Shown here: piece by piece, positions 24,230 through 39,200 of the stretch | How the letters are laid out: each line of letters begins with the position of its first letter | Position numbering within the stretch: position 1 is the first letter of the stretch | Assembly: GCF_000497125.1 (NCBI RefSeq) | Contig: NC_090601.1 | Coordinates: 1-64,000 of the forward strand | Origin: Spironucleus salmonicida | Lineage: Eukaryota | DNA: 64,000 bases | Reading direction: 5' to 3' | Position numbers and translations under genes: made by a program | The notes under the pieces: generated by a model | What the model was told of the DNA's origin: nothing | The model's database searches: none | Seen by the model: only the letters and a program-made list of their open reading frames with translations

Positions 24230-27200
24230 GTACCATCTTCTGCTGACGTCGCTTCTCTTCAGTAAAACTCATCCTAGCGAGTCGTCGTTACCATTTAAAA
24301 CTCATCTATCCCTAGGCTTCGGTCTTAAGCAGCATACCGGGTGAGACTGCAGAGTATCATTTTTGATAGATTATGCATCATCCGGGTATTAAAGATATAA
24401 TACAATCAGTCTTCGGCACAACCTGTGCTTGCATTACTAGTGAGAATAGCCTTCCTAGTGTACTTTGTACCTGGGCTCATAAGTGAATATGTATTAGTAA
24501 GCATAGTAGCATATTATATAAGTACAATAGTATATGCTAAATATCCTTACAAGCACCACTCCCAATGCATATATACTACTAAACTCCAATTAAGATATTC
24601 CTATATATACTATAGTATTGTATTGTCGTCAAGCACTATCCCAGTACCACTCACGCCTGCCTTGGTGCTGTCTATGGAGCTACTTGGGGTACCGTACTGG
24701 TGGTACCCACTTCACTAGCAGGCAGGTACTACACATAGAATATACAAACAGTCTTCGGCATAGCCTGTGCTTGTACTCTACAGGTGAGAATACCCTTCCT
24801 AGTGCTACTTTGCACCTGGGCTCATAAGTGAATATATATTAGTAAGCATAGTAGTATATTCTATAAGTACAATAGTATATGCTAAATATCCTTACAAGCA
24901 CCACTCCCAATGCATATATACTATGAAACTCCAATTAAGTTATTCCTATATATACTATAGTATTGTATAATCATCCAGCACTATCCCAGTACCACTCACG
25001 CCTGCCTTCGTGCTGTCTATGGAGCTACTTGGGGTACCGTACTGGTGGTACCCACTTCACTAGCAGATAGTTATTAAAGATATAATACAATCAGTATTCG
25101 GCATAACCTGTGCTTGTACTCTACTAGTGAGAATACCCTTCTTAGGCTACTGTGCACCTGGGCTCATAAGTGAATATATATTAGTAAGGGTAGTAGTATA
25201 TTCTATAAATACAATAGTAATATACTAAATATCCTTATAGGCACCACTCCCAATGCATATATACTACTAAACTCCATTTAAGTTATTACTATATATACTA
25301 TAGTATTGCATACTCATCAAGCACTATGCCAGTACCACTCACGCCTGCCTTAGCACTATCTATGGAAATACTTGGGGTAGCAGTACTAGTGGTGCCCACT
25401 TCAGTAGCAGATAGTTATTAAAGATAGAATACAAACAGTCTTCGGCATAGCCTGTGCTTGCATTACTAGTGAGAATAGCCTTCTTAGTGTACTTTGCACC
25501 TGGGCTCATAAGTGAATATATATTAGTAAGCATAGTAGTATATTATATAAATACAATAGTATATACTAAATATCCTTACAAGCACCACTCCCAATGCATA
25601 TATACTACTAAACTCCAATTAAGATATTCCTATATATACTATAGTATTGTATACTCATCAAGCACTATCCCAGTACCACTCACGCCTGCCTTGGTGCTAT
25701 CTATGGAACTACTTGGGGTCCAGTACTAGTGGTGCCCACTTCAGTAGCAGATAGTTATTAAAGATAGAATATACAAACAGTCTTCGGCATAGCCTGTGCT
25801 TGTACTCTACAGGTGAGAATACCCTTCCTAGTGCTACTTTGCACCTGGGCTCATAAGTGAATATATATTAGTAAGCATAGTAGTATATTCTATAAGTACA
25901 ATAGTAATATACTAAATATCCTTATAGGCACCACTCCCAATGCATATATACTATGAAACTCCAATTAAGATATTACTATATATACTATAGTATTGCATAC
26001 TCATCAATCACTATGCAGTACCACTCATGCCTGCCTTGGTGCTGTCTATGGAACTACTTGGGGTACCAGTACTGGTGGTACCCACTTCAGTAGCAGGCAG
26101 GTACTACACATAGAATATACAAACAGTCTTCGGCATAACCTGTGCTTGTACTCTACAGGTAAGAATAGCCTTCTTAGGCTACTGTGCACCTGGGCTCATA
26201 AGTGAATATATATTAGTAAGGGTAGTAGTATATTCTATAAATACAATAGTAATATACTAAATATCCTTATAGGCACCACTCCCAATGCATATATACTACT
26301 AAACTCCATTTAAGATATTACTATATATACTATAGTATTGTATAGTCATCGAGCACTATGCAGTACCACTCATGCCTGCCTTGGTGCTGTCTATGGAAAT
26401 ACTTGGGGTCCAGTACTAGTGGTACCCACTTCACTAGCAGCCACCTATGCCAAATATGAAGGTTAAGCCATTATTCACTATGCCAACAGCATCGACTCAG
26501 CCTCGTAGCACCAAAATGTGGAAGGCCTAAGCTAGCATAAGTTCAGTCCTATTCTTGCTAAATTATGATATTGCTACCTCGCTGGGTCCTGACTACCAGC
26601 TAGCGCCATCTCGTCACCCTGATAGCCACACTCTCGCTGACCTCGCTTTGGTAAAACTCATCCTGCGAGTCGTCGTTACCATTTAAAACTCATCCATCCC
26701 TATGCTTCTGTCTTAAGCAGCATACCGGGTGAGACTGCAAAATATCATTTTTGATAGATTATGCATCATCCGGGTATTAAAGATATAATACAATCAGTAT
26801 TCGGCATAACCTGTGCTTGTACTCTACTAGTGAGAATACCCTTCTTAGTGTACTGTGCACCTGGGCTCATAAGTGAATATATATTAGTAAGCATAGTAGT
26901 ATATTCTATAAATACAATAGTAATATACTAAATATCCTTATAGGCACCACTCCCAATGCATATATACTACTAAACTCCAATTAAGATATTCCTATATATA
27001 CTATAGTATTGTATTGTCGTCAAGCACTATCCCAGTACCACTCACGCCTGCCGTGGTGCTGTCTATGGAAATACTTGGGGTACCGTACTGGTGGTACCCA
27101 CTTCAGTAGCAGGCAGGTATTACACATAGAATATACAAACAGTCTTCGGCATAACCTGTGCTTGTACTCTACAGGTAAGAATAGCCTTCTTAGGCCACTG

Positions 27201-30200
27201 TGCACCTGGGCTCATAAGTGAATATATATTATTAAGGGTAGTAGTATATTCTATAAGTACAATAGTATATACTAAATATCCTTACAAGCACCACTCCCAA
27301 TGCATATATACTATGAAACTCCAATTAAGTTATTACTATATATACTATAGTATTGCATACTCATCAAGCACTATCCCAGTACCACTCACGCCTACCGTGG
27401 TGCTGTCTATGGAGCTACTTGGGGTACCGTACTAGTGGTACCCAGTTCAGTAGCAGATAGTTATTAAAGATAAAATACAAGCAGTCTTCGGCATAGCCTG
27501 TGCTTGCATTACTAGTGAGAATAGCCTTCTTAGTGTACTTTGCACCTGGGCTCATAAGTGAATATATATTAGTAAGCATAGTAGTATATTATATAGATAC
27601 AATAGTAATATACTAAATATCCTTACAAGCACCACTCCCAATGCATATATACTACTAAACTCCAATTAAGATATTACTATATATACTATAGTATTGCATT
27701 GTCATCAAGCACTATCCCAGTACCACTCACGCCTACCTTAGCACTATCTATGGAAATACTTGGGGTACCAGTACTAGTGGTACCCAGTTCAGTAGCAGCC
27801 AGCTATGCCAAATATGAAGGTTAAGCCATTATTCACTATGCCAACAGCATCGACTCAGCCTCGTAGCACCAAAATGTGGAAGGCCTAAGCTAGCATAATC
27901 TCAGTCCTGTTCTTAATAAATTATGATATTGCTACCTCGCTGGGTCCTGACTACCAGCTAGCGCCATCTCGTCACCCTGATAGCCATACTCTCGCTGACT
28001 TCTCTTAAGTAAAACTTGTCCTAGCGAGTCGTCGTTGCCATCTAACATTCATCTATCCCTATGCTTCGGTGTTAAGCAGCATACCGAGTGAGAGTACAGA
28101 ATATCATTTTTGATAGATTATGCATCATGCGGGTATTAAAGATAGAATGTATACAGTATTCGGCATAGCCTGTGCTTGCATTACTAGTGAGAATAGCCTT
28201 CTTAGGCTACTGTGTACCTGGGCTCATAAGTGAATATATATTATTAAGGGTAGTAGTATATTCTATAAATACAATAGTAATATACTAAATATCCTTATAG
28301 GCACCACTCCCAATGCATATATACTACTAAACTCCAATTAAGATATTCCTATATATACTATAGTATTGTATTGTCGTCAAGCACTATCCCAGTACCACTC
28401 ACGCCTACCGTGGTGCTGTCTATGGAGCTACTTGGGGTACCGTACTAGTGGTACCCACTTCAGTAGCAGGCAGGTATTACACATAGAATATACAAACAGT
28501 CTTCGGCATAACCTGTGCTTGTACTCTACAGGTGAGAATACCCTTCCTAGTGCTACTGTGTACCTGGGCTCATAAGTGAATATATATTAGTAAGCATAGT
28601 AGTATATTATATAAGTACAATAGTATATACTAAATATCCTTACAAGCACCACTCCCAATGCATATATACTATGAAACTCCAATTAAGTTATTACTATATA
28701 TACTATAGTATTGCATACTCATCAAGCACTATCCCAGTACCACTCACGCCTGCCTTGGTGCTGTCTATGGAAATACTTGGGGTACCGTACTGGTGGTACC
28801 CACTTCAGTAGCAGGCAGGTATTACACATAGAATATACAAACAGTCTTCGGCATAACCTGTGCTTGTACTCTACAGGTAAGAATAGCCTTCTTAGTGCTA
28901 CTGTGCACCTGGGCTCATAAGTGAATATATATTAGTAAGGGTAGTAGTATATTCTATAAGTACAATAGTATATGCTAAATATCCTTATAAGCACCACTCC
29001 CAATGCATACATACTACTAAACTCCATTTAAGATATTCCTATATATACTATAGTATTGTATTGTCGTCAAGCACTATCCCAGTACCACTCACGCCTGCCG
29101 TGGTGCTGTCTATGGAAATACTTGGGGTACCGTACTGGTGGTACCCACTTCAGTAGCAGGCAGGTACTACACATAGAATATACTAACATCATTCGGCATA
29201 ACCTGTGCTTGTACTCTACAGGTAAGAATAGCCTTCTTAGGCTACTGTGCACCTGGGCTCATAAGTGAATATATATTAGTAAGGGTAGTAGTATATTCTA
29301 TAAATACAATAGTAATATACTAAATATCCTTATAGGCACCACTCCCAATGCATATATACTACTAAACTCCAATTAAGTTATTACTATATATACTATAGTA
29401 TTGTATAGTCATCGAGCACTATGCAGTACCACTCATGCCTGCCTTCGTGCTGTCTATGGAGCTACTTGGGGTACCAGTACTAGTGGTACCCACTTCAGTA
29501 GCAGATAGTTATTAAAGATAGAATACAAACAGTCTTCGGCATAGCCTGTGCTTGTACTCTACAGGTGAGAATAGCCTTCTTAGGCTACTGTGCACCTGGG
29601 CTCATAAGTGAATATATATTATTAAGGGTAGTAGTATATTCTATAAGTACAATAGTATATGCTAAATATCCTTATAAGCACCACTCCCAATGCATATATA
29701 CTATGAAACTCCAATTAAGTTATTCCTATATATACTATAGTATTGTATAATCATCCAGCACTATCCCAGTACCACTCACGCCTGCCTTCGTGCTGTCTAT
29801 GGAGCTACTTGGGGTACCGTACTAGTGGTGCCCACTTCAGTAGCAGATAGTTATTAAAGATAGAATACAATCAGTATTCGGCACAACCTGTGCTTGCATT
29901 ACTAGTAAGAATAGCCTTCTTAGGCTACTGTGCACCTGGGCTCATAAGTGAATATATATTAGTAAGGGTAGTAGTATATTATATAGATACAATAGTAATA
30001 TACTAAATATCCTTACAAGCACCACTCCCAATGCATATATACTACTAAACTCCAATTAAGTTATTACTATATATACTATAGTATTGCATTGTCATCAAGC
30101 ACTATCCCAGTACCACTCACGCCTACCTTAGCACTATCTATGGAAATACTTGGGGTACCAGTACTAGTGGTACCCACTTCACTAGCAGCCACCTATGCCA

Positions 30201-33200
30201 AATATGAAGGTTAAGCCATTATTCACTATGCCAACAGCCGCAACTCAGCCTCGTAGCACCAAAATGTGGAAGTCCTAAGCTAGCATAAGTTCAGTCCTAT
30301 TCTTGCTAAATTATGATATTGCTACCTCGCTGGGTCCTGACTACCAGCTAGCGCTATCCTCGTCACCCCTGATAGCCACACTCTCGCTGACCTCGCTTTG
30401 GTACAACTCATCCTGCGAGTCGTCGTTACCATCTAACATTCATCTATCCCTATGCTTCGGTGTTAAGCAGCATACCGAGTGAGAGTACAGAATATCATTT
30501 TTGATAGATTATGCATCATGCGGGTATTAAAGATAGAATGCAAACGGTCTTCGGCATAGCCTTGCTTGCATTACTAGTGAGAATAGCCTTCCTAGTGATA
30601 GCTTGCACCTGGGCTCATAGGTGAATATATATTATTAAGCATAGTAATGTATTATATAAATACAATAGTAATATACTAAATATCCTTATAGGCACCACTC
30701 CCAATGCATACATACTACTAAACTCCATTTAAGATATTACTATATATACTATAGTATTGTATTGTCGTCAAGCACTATCCCAGTACCACTCACGCCTGCC
30801 GTGGTGCTGTCTATGGAAATACTTGGGGTCCAGTACTAGTGGTACCCACTTCACTAGCAGCCACCTATGCCAAATATGAAGGTTAAGCCATTATTCACTA
30901 TGCCAACAGCATCGACTCAGCCTCGTAGCACCAAAATGTGGAAGGCCTAAGCTAGCATAATCTCAGTCCTGTTCTTAATAAATTATGATATTGCTACCTC
31001 GCTGGGTCCTGACTACCAGCTAGCGCCATCTCGTCACCCTGATAGCCACACTCTCGCTGACCTCGCTTTGGTAAAACTCATCCTGCGAGTCGTCGTTACC
31101 ATTTAAAACTCATCCATCCCTATGCTTCTGTCTTAAGCAGCATACCGGGTGAGACTGCAAAATACCATTTTTGATAGATTATGCATCATCCGGGTATTAA
31201 AGATATAATACAATCAGTATTCGGCATAACCTGTGCTTGTACTCTACTAGTGAGAATACCCTTCTTAGTGTACTGTGCACCTGGGCTCATAAGTGAATAT
31301 ATATTAGTAAGGGTAGTAGTATATTCTATAAATACAATAGTAATATACTAAATATCCTTATAGGCACCACTCCCAATGCATATATACTACTAAACTCCAA
31401 TTAAGATATTCCTATATATACTATAGTATTGCATACTCATCAAGCACTATCCCAGTACCACTCACGCCTGCCTTGGTGCTGTCTATGGAAATACTTGGGG
31501 TACCGTACTGGTGGTACCCACTTCAGTAGCAGGCAGGTACTACACATAGAATATACTAACATCATTCGGCATAACCTGTGCTTGTACTCTACAGGTAAGA
31601 ATAGCCTTCTTAGGCTACTGTGCACCTGGGCTCATAAGTGAATATATATTAGTAAGGGTAGTAGTATATTCTATAAATACAATAGTAATATACTAAATAT
31701 CCTTATAGGCACCACTCCCAATGCATATATACTACTAAACTCCAATTAAGTTATTACTATATATACTATAGTATTGTATAGTCATCGAGCACTATGCAGT
31801 ACCACTCATGCCTGCCTTCGTGCTGTCTATGGAGCTACTTGGGGTACCGTACTAGTGGTACCCACTTCACTAGCAGCCACCTATGCCAAATATGAAGGTT
31901 AAGCCATTATTCACTATGCCAACAGCATCGACTCAGCCTCGTAGCACCAAAATGTGGAAGGCCTAAGCTAGCATAATCTCAGTCCTGTTCTTAATAAATT
32001 ATGATATTGCTACCTCGCTGGGTCCTGACTACCAGCTAGCGCCATCTCGTCACCCTGATAGCCACACTCTCGCTGACCTCGCTTTGGTAAAACTCATCCT
32101 GCGAGTCGTCGTTACCATTTAAAACTCATCCATCCCTATGCTTCTGTCTTAAGCAGCATACCGGGTGAGACTGCAAAATACCATTTTTGATAGATTATGC
32201 ATCATCCGGGTATTAAAGATATAATACAATCAGTATTCGGCATAACCTGTGCTTGTACTCTACTAGTGAGAATACCCTTCTTAGTGTACTGTGTACCTGG
32301 GCTCATAAGTGAATATATATTAGTAAGCATAGTAGTATATTATATAGATACAATAGTAATATACTAAATATCCTTACAAGCACCACTCCCAATGCATATA
32401 TACTACTAAACTCCAATTAAGATATTCCTATATATACTATAGTATTGTATTGTCGTCAAGCACTATCCCAGTACCACTCACGCCTGCCGTGGTGCTGTCT
32501 ATGGAACTACTTGGGGTACCGTACTGGTGGTACCCACTTCACTAGCAGCCACCTATGCCAAATATGAAGGTTAAGCCATTATTCACTATGCCAACAGCAT
32601 CGACTCAGCCTCGTAGCACCAAAATGTGGAAGGCCTAAGCTAGCATAATCTCAGTCCTGTTCTTAATAAATTATGATATTGCTACCTCGCTGGGTCCTGA
32701 CTACCAGCTAGCGCCATCTCGTCACCCTGATAGCCACACTCTCGCTGACCTCGCTTTGGTAAAACTCATCCTGCGAGTCGTCGTTACCATTTAAAACTCA
32801 TCCATCCCTATGCTTCTGTCTTAAGCAGCATACCGGGTGAGACTGCAAAATATCATTTTTGATAGATTATGCATCATCCGGGTATTAAAGATATAATACA
32901 ATCAGTATTCGGCATAACCTGTGCTTGTACTCTACTAGTGAGAATACCCTTCTTAGTGCTACTGTGTACCTGGGCTCATAAGTGAATATATATTAGTAAG
33001 CATAGTAGTATATTATATAAGTACAATAGTATATACTAAATATCCTTATAAGCACCACTCCCAATGCATATATACTACTAAACTCCAATTAAGATATTCC
33101 TATATATACTATAGTATTGTATTGTCGTCAAGCACTATCCCAGTACCACTCACGCCTGCCTTGGTGCTGTCTATGGAAATACTTGGGGTACCGTACTGGT

Positions 33201-36200
33201 GGTACCCACTTCACTAGCAGCCACCTATGCCAAATATGAAGGTTAAGCCATTATTCACTATGCCAACAGCATCGACTCAGCCTCGTAGCACCAAAATGTG
33301 GAAGGCCTAAGCTAGCATAATCTCAGTCCTGTTCTTAATAAATTATGATATTGCTACCTCGCTGGGTCCTGACCACCAGCTAGCGCTATCTCGTCACCCC
33401 TGATAGCCACACTCTCGCTGACCTCGCTTTGGTACAACTCATCCTGCGAGTCGTCGTTACCATCTAACATTCATCCATCCCTATGCTTCTGTCTTAAGCA
33501 GCATACCGGGTGAGACTGCAGAGTATCATGTTTGATAGATTATGCATCATGCGGGTATTAAAGATAAAATACAAGCAGTCTTCGGCATAGCCTGTGCTTG
33601 CATTACTAGTGAGAATACCCTTCCTAGTGTACTGTGTACCTGGGCTCATAAGTGAATATATATTATTAAGGGTAGTAGTATATTCTATAAATACAATAGT
33701 AATATATTATATATCCTTATAGGCACCACTCCCAATGCATCTATACTACTAAACTCCATTTAAGATATTACTATATATACTATAGTATTGTATTGTCGTC
33801 AAGCACTATCCCAGTACCACTCACGCCTGCCGTGGTGCTGTCTATGGAAATACTTGGGGTACCGTACTAGTGGTGCCCACTTCAGTAGCAGATAGTTATT
33901 AAAGATAGAATACAATCAGTATTCGGCATAACCTGTGCTTGTACTCTACTAGTGAGAATACCCTTCTTAGTGTACTGTGCACCTGGGCTCATAAGTGAAT
34001 ATATATTAGTAAGCATAGTAGTATATTCTATAAATACAATAGTAATATACTAAATATCCTTACAAGCACCACTCCCAATGCATATATACTACTAAACTCC
34101 AATTAAGATATTCCTATATATACTATAGTATTGCATACTCATCAAGCACTATCCCAGTACCACTCACGCCTGCCTTGGTGCTGTCTATGGAAATACTTGG
34201 GGTACCGTACTGGTGGTACCCACTTCAGTAGCAGGCAGGTACTACACATAGAATATACTAACATCATTCGGCATAACCTGTGCTTGTACTCTACAGGTAA
34301 GAATAGCCTTCTTAGGCTACTGTGCACCTGGGCTCATAAGTGAATATATATTAGTAAGGGTAGTAGTATATTCTATAAATACAATAGTAATATACTAAAT
34401 ATCCTTATAGGCACCACTCCCAATGCATATATACTACTAAACTCCAATTAAGTTATTACTATATATACTATAGTATTGTATAGTCATCGAGCACTATGCA
34501 GTACCACTCATGCCTGCCTTCGTGCTGTCTATGGAGCTACTTGGGGTACCGTACTAGTGGTACCCACTTCACTAGCAGCCACCTATGCCAAATATGAAGG
34601 TTAAGCCATTATTCACTATGCCAACAGCATCGACTCAGCCTCGTAGCACCAAAATGTGGAAGGCCTAAGCTAGCATAATCTCAGTCCTGTTCTTAATAAA
34701 TTATGATATTGCTACCTCGCTGGGTCCTGACTACCAGCTAGCGCCATCTCGTCACCCTGATAGCCACACTCTCGCTGACCTCGCTTTGGTAAAACTCATC
34801 CTGCGAGTCGTCGTTACCATTTAAAACTCATCCATCCCTATGCTTCTGTCTTAAGCAGCATACCGGGTGAGACTGCAAAATACCATTTTTGATAGATTAT
34901 GCATCATCCGGGTATTAAAGATATAATACAATCAGTATTCGGCATAACCTGTGCTTGTACTCTACTAGTGAGAATACCCTTCTTAGTGTACTGTGTACCT
35001 GGGCTCATAAGTGAATATATATTAGTAAGCATAGTGTTATATTCTAGAAATACAATAGTAATATACTAAATATCCTTATAGGCACCACTCCCAATGCATA
35101 TATACTACTAAACTCCAATTAAGATATTCCTATATATACTATAGTATTGTATAATCATCCAGCACTATCCCAGTACCACTCACGCCTGCCGTGGTGCTGT
35201 CTATGGAAATACTTGGGGTACCGTACTAGTGGTGCCCACTTCAGTAGCAGATAGTTATTAAAGATAGAATACAATCAGTATTCGGCATAACCTGTGCTTG
35301 TACTCTACTAGTGAGAATACCCTTCTTAGTGTACTGTGCACCTGGGCTCATAAGTGAATATATATTAGTAAGTATAGTGTTATATTCTAGAAATACAATA
35401 GTAATATACTAAATATCCTTATAGGCACCACTCCCAATGCATATATACTACTAAACTCCAATTAAGATATTCCTATATATACTATAGTATTGTATTGTCG
35501 TCAAGCACTATCCCAGTACCACTCACGCCTGCCGTGGTGCTGTCTATGGAAATACTTGGGGTACCGTACTAGTGGTGCCCACTTCAGTAGCAGATAGTTA
35601 TTAAAGATATAATACAATCAGTATTCGGCATAACCTGTGCTTGTACTCTACTAGTGAGAATACCCTTCTTAGTGTACTGTGCACCTGGGCTCATAAGTGA
35701 ATATATATTAGTAAGCATAGTAGTATATTCTATAAGTACAATAGTATATGCTAAATATCCTTATAAGCACCACTCCCAATGCATATATACTACTAAACTC
35801 CAATTAAGATATTCCTATATATACTATAGTATTGTATTGTCGTCAAGCACTATCCCAGTACCACTCACGCCTGCCTTGGTGCTGTCTATGGAAATACTTG
35901 GGGTACCGTACTGGTGGTACCCACTTCACTAGCAGGCAGGTACTACACATAGAATATACAAACAGTCTTCGGCATAGCCTGTGCTTGTACTCTACAGGTG
36001 AGAATACCCTTCCTAGTGCTACTGTGTACCTGGGCTCATAAGTGAATATATATTAGTAAGGGTAGTAGTATATTCTATAAGTACAATAGTATATACTAAA
36101 TATCCTTACAAGCACCACTCCCAATGCATATATACTATGAAACTCCAATTAAGTTATTACTATATATACTATAGTATTGCATACTCATCAAGCACTATCC

Positions 36201-39200
36201 CAGTACCACTCACGCCTACCGTGGTGCTGTCTATGGAAATACTTGGGGTACCGTACTGGTGGTACCCACTTCAGTAGCAGGCAGGTATTACACATAGAAT
36301 ATACAAACAGTCTTCGGCATAACCTGTGCTTGTACTCTACAGGTAAGAATAGCCTTCTTAGTGCTACTGTGCACCTGGGCTCATAAGTGAATATATATTA
36401 GTAAGCATAGTAGTATATTCTATAAATACAATAGTAATATACTAAATATCCTTATAGGCACCACTCCCAATGCATACATACTACTAAACTCCATTTAAGA
36501 TATTATATATATACTATAGTATTGTATTGTCGTCAAGCACTATCCCAGTACCACTCACGCCTGCCTTGGTGCTGTCTATGGAAATACTTGGGGTACCGTA
36601 CTGGTGGTACCCACTTCAGTAGCAGGCAGGTACTACACATAGAATATACTAACATCATTCGGCATAGCCTGTGCTTGTACTCTACAGGTAAGAATAGCCT
36701 TCTTAGGCTACTGTGCACCTGGGCTCATAAGTGAATATATATTAGTAAGCATAGTAGTATATTCTATAAATACAATAGTAATATACTAAATATCCTTATA
36801 GGCACCACTCCCAATGCATACATACTACTAAACTCCATTTAAGATATTACTATATATACTATAGTATTGCATACTCATCAAGCACTATCCCAGTACCACT
36901 CACGCCTACCGTGGTGCTGTCTATGGAGCTACTTGGGGTACCGTACTAGTGGTACCCACTTCACTAGCAGGCAGGTACTACACATAGAATATACTAACAT
37001 CATTCGGCATAGCCTGTGCTTGTACTCTACAGGTAAGAATAGCCTTCTTAGTGTACTGTGCACCTGGGCTCATAAGTGAATATATATTAGTAAGCATAGT
37101 AGTATATTATATAAGTACAATAGTATATACTAAATATCCTTACAAGCACCACTCCCAATGCATATATACTATGAAACTCCAATTAAGTTATTACTATATA
37201 TACTATAGTATTGCATACTCATCAAGCACTATCCCAGTACCACTCACGCCTGCCTTGGTGCTGTCTATGGAAATACTTGGGGTACCGTACTGGTGGTACC
37301 CACTTCAGTAGCAGGCAGGTACTACACATAGAATATACTAACATCATTCGGCATAGCCTGTGCTTGTACTCTACAGGTGAGAATACCCTTCCTAGTGCTA
37401 CTGTGTACCTGGGCTCATAAGTGAATATATATTAGTAAGTATAGTAGTATATTCTATAAGTACAATAGTATATGCTAAATATCCTTATAAGCACCACTCC
37501 CAATGCATATATACTATGAAACTCCAATTAAGTTATTCCTATATATACTATAGTATTGTATAATCATCCAGCACTATCCCAGTACCACTCACGCCTGCCT
37601 TCGTGCTGTCTATGGAGCTACTTGGGGTACCGTACTAGTGGTACCCAGTTCAGTAGCAGGCAGGTACTACACATAGAATATACAAACAGTCTTCGGCATA
37701 ACCTGTGCTTGTACTCTACAGGTAAGAATAGCCTTCTTAGGCTACTGTGCACCTGGGCTCATAAGTGAATATATATTAGTAAGGGTAGTAGTATATTCTA
37801 TAAATACAATAGTAATATACTAAATATCCTTATAGGCACCACTCCCAATGCATATATACTACTAAACTCCAATTAAGTTATTACTATATATACTATAGTA
37901 TTGTATAGTCATCGAGCACTATGCAGTACCACTCATGCCTGCCTTCGTGCTGTCTATGGAGCTACTTGGGGTACCGTACTAGTGGTACCCACTTCACTAG
38001 CAGCCACCTATGCCAAATATGAAGAGTAAACCATTATTCAGTATGCCAACAGCCGCAACTCAGGGTCGTAGCACCAAAATGTGGAGGTCCTAAGCTAGCA
38101 TAAGTTCAGTCCTATTCTTGCTAAATTATGATATTGCTACCTCGCTGGGTCCTGACTACCAGCTAGCGCCATCTCGTCACCCTGATAGCCACACTCTCGC
38201 TGACCTCGCTTTGGCAAAACTCATCCTGCGAGTCGTCGTTACCATTTAAAACTCATCCATCCCTATGCTTCTGTCTTAAGCAGCATACCGGGTGAGACTG
38301 CAAAATACCATTTTTGATAGATTATGCATCATCCGGGTATTAAAGATATAATACAATCAGTATTCGGCATAACCTGTGCTTGTACTCTACTAGTGAGAAT
38401 ACCCTTCTTAGTGTACTGTGCACCTGGGCTCATAAGTGAATATATATTAGTAAGCATAGTAGTATATTCTATAAATACAATAGTAATATACTAAATATCC
38501 TTATAGGCACCACTCCCAATGCATATATACTACTAAACTCCAATTAAGTTATTACTATATATACTATAGTATTGTATAGTCATCGAGCACTATGCAGTAC
38601 CACTCATGCCTACCTTGGTGCTGTCTATGGAAATACTTGGGGTCCAGTACTGGTGGTACCCACTTCACTAGCAGGCAGGTACTACACATAGAATATACAA
38701 ACAGTCTTCGGCATAGCCTGTGCTTGCATTACTAGTAAGAATACCCTTCTTAGTGCTACTGTGCACCTGGGCTCATAAGTGAATATATATTAGTAAGGGT
38801 AGTAGTATATTCTATAAGTACAATAGTATATGCTAAATATCCTTATAAGCACCACTCCCAATGCATATATACTACTAAACTCCAATTAAGATATTACTAT
38901 ATATACTATAGTATTGCATACTCATCAAGCACTATCCCAGTACCACTCACGCCTACCGTGGTGCTGTCTATGGAGCTACTTGGGGTACCGTACTAGTGGT
39001 ACCCACTTCACTAGCAGCCACCTATGCCAAATATGAAGAGTAAACCATTATTCAGTATGCCAACAGCCGCAACTCAGCCTCGTAGCACCAAAATGTGGAA
39101 GGCCTAAGCTAGCATAAGTTCAGTCCTATTCTTGCTAAATTATGATATTGCTACCTCGCTGGGTCCTGACTACCAGCTAGCGCCATCTCGTCACCCTGAT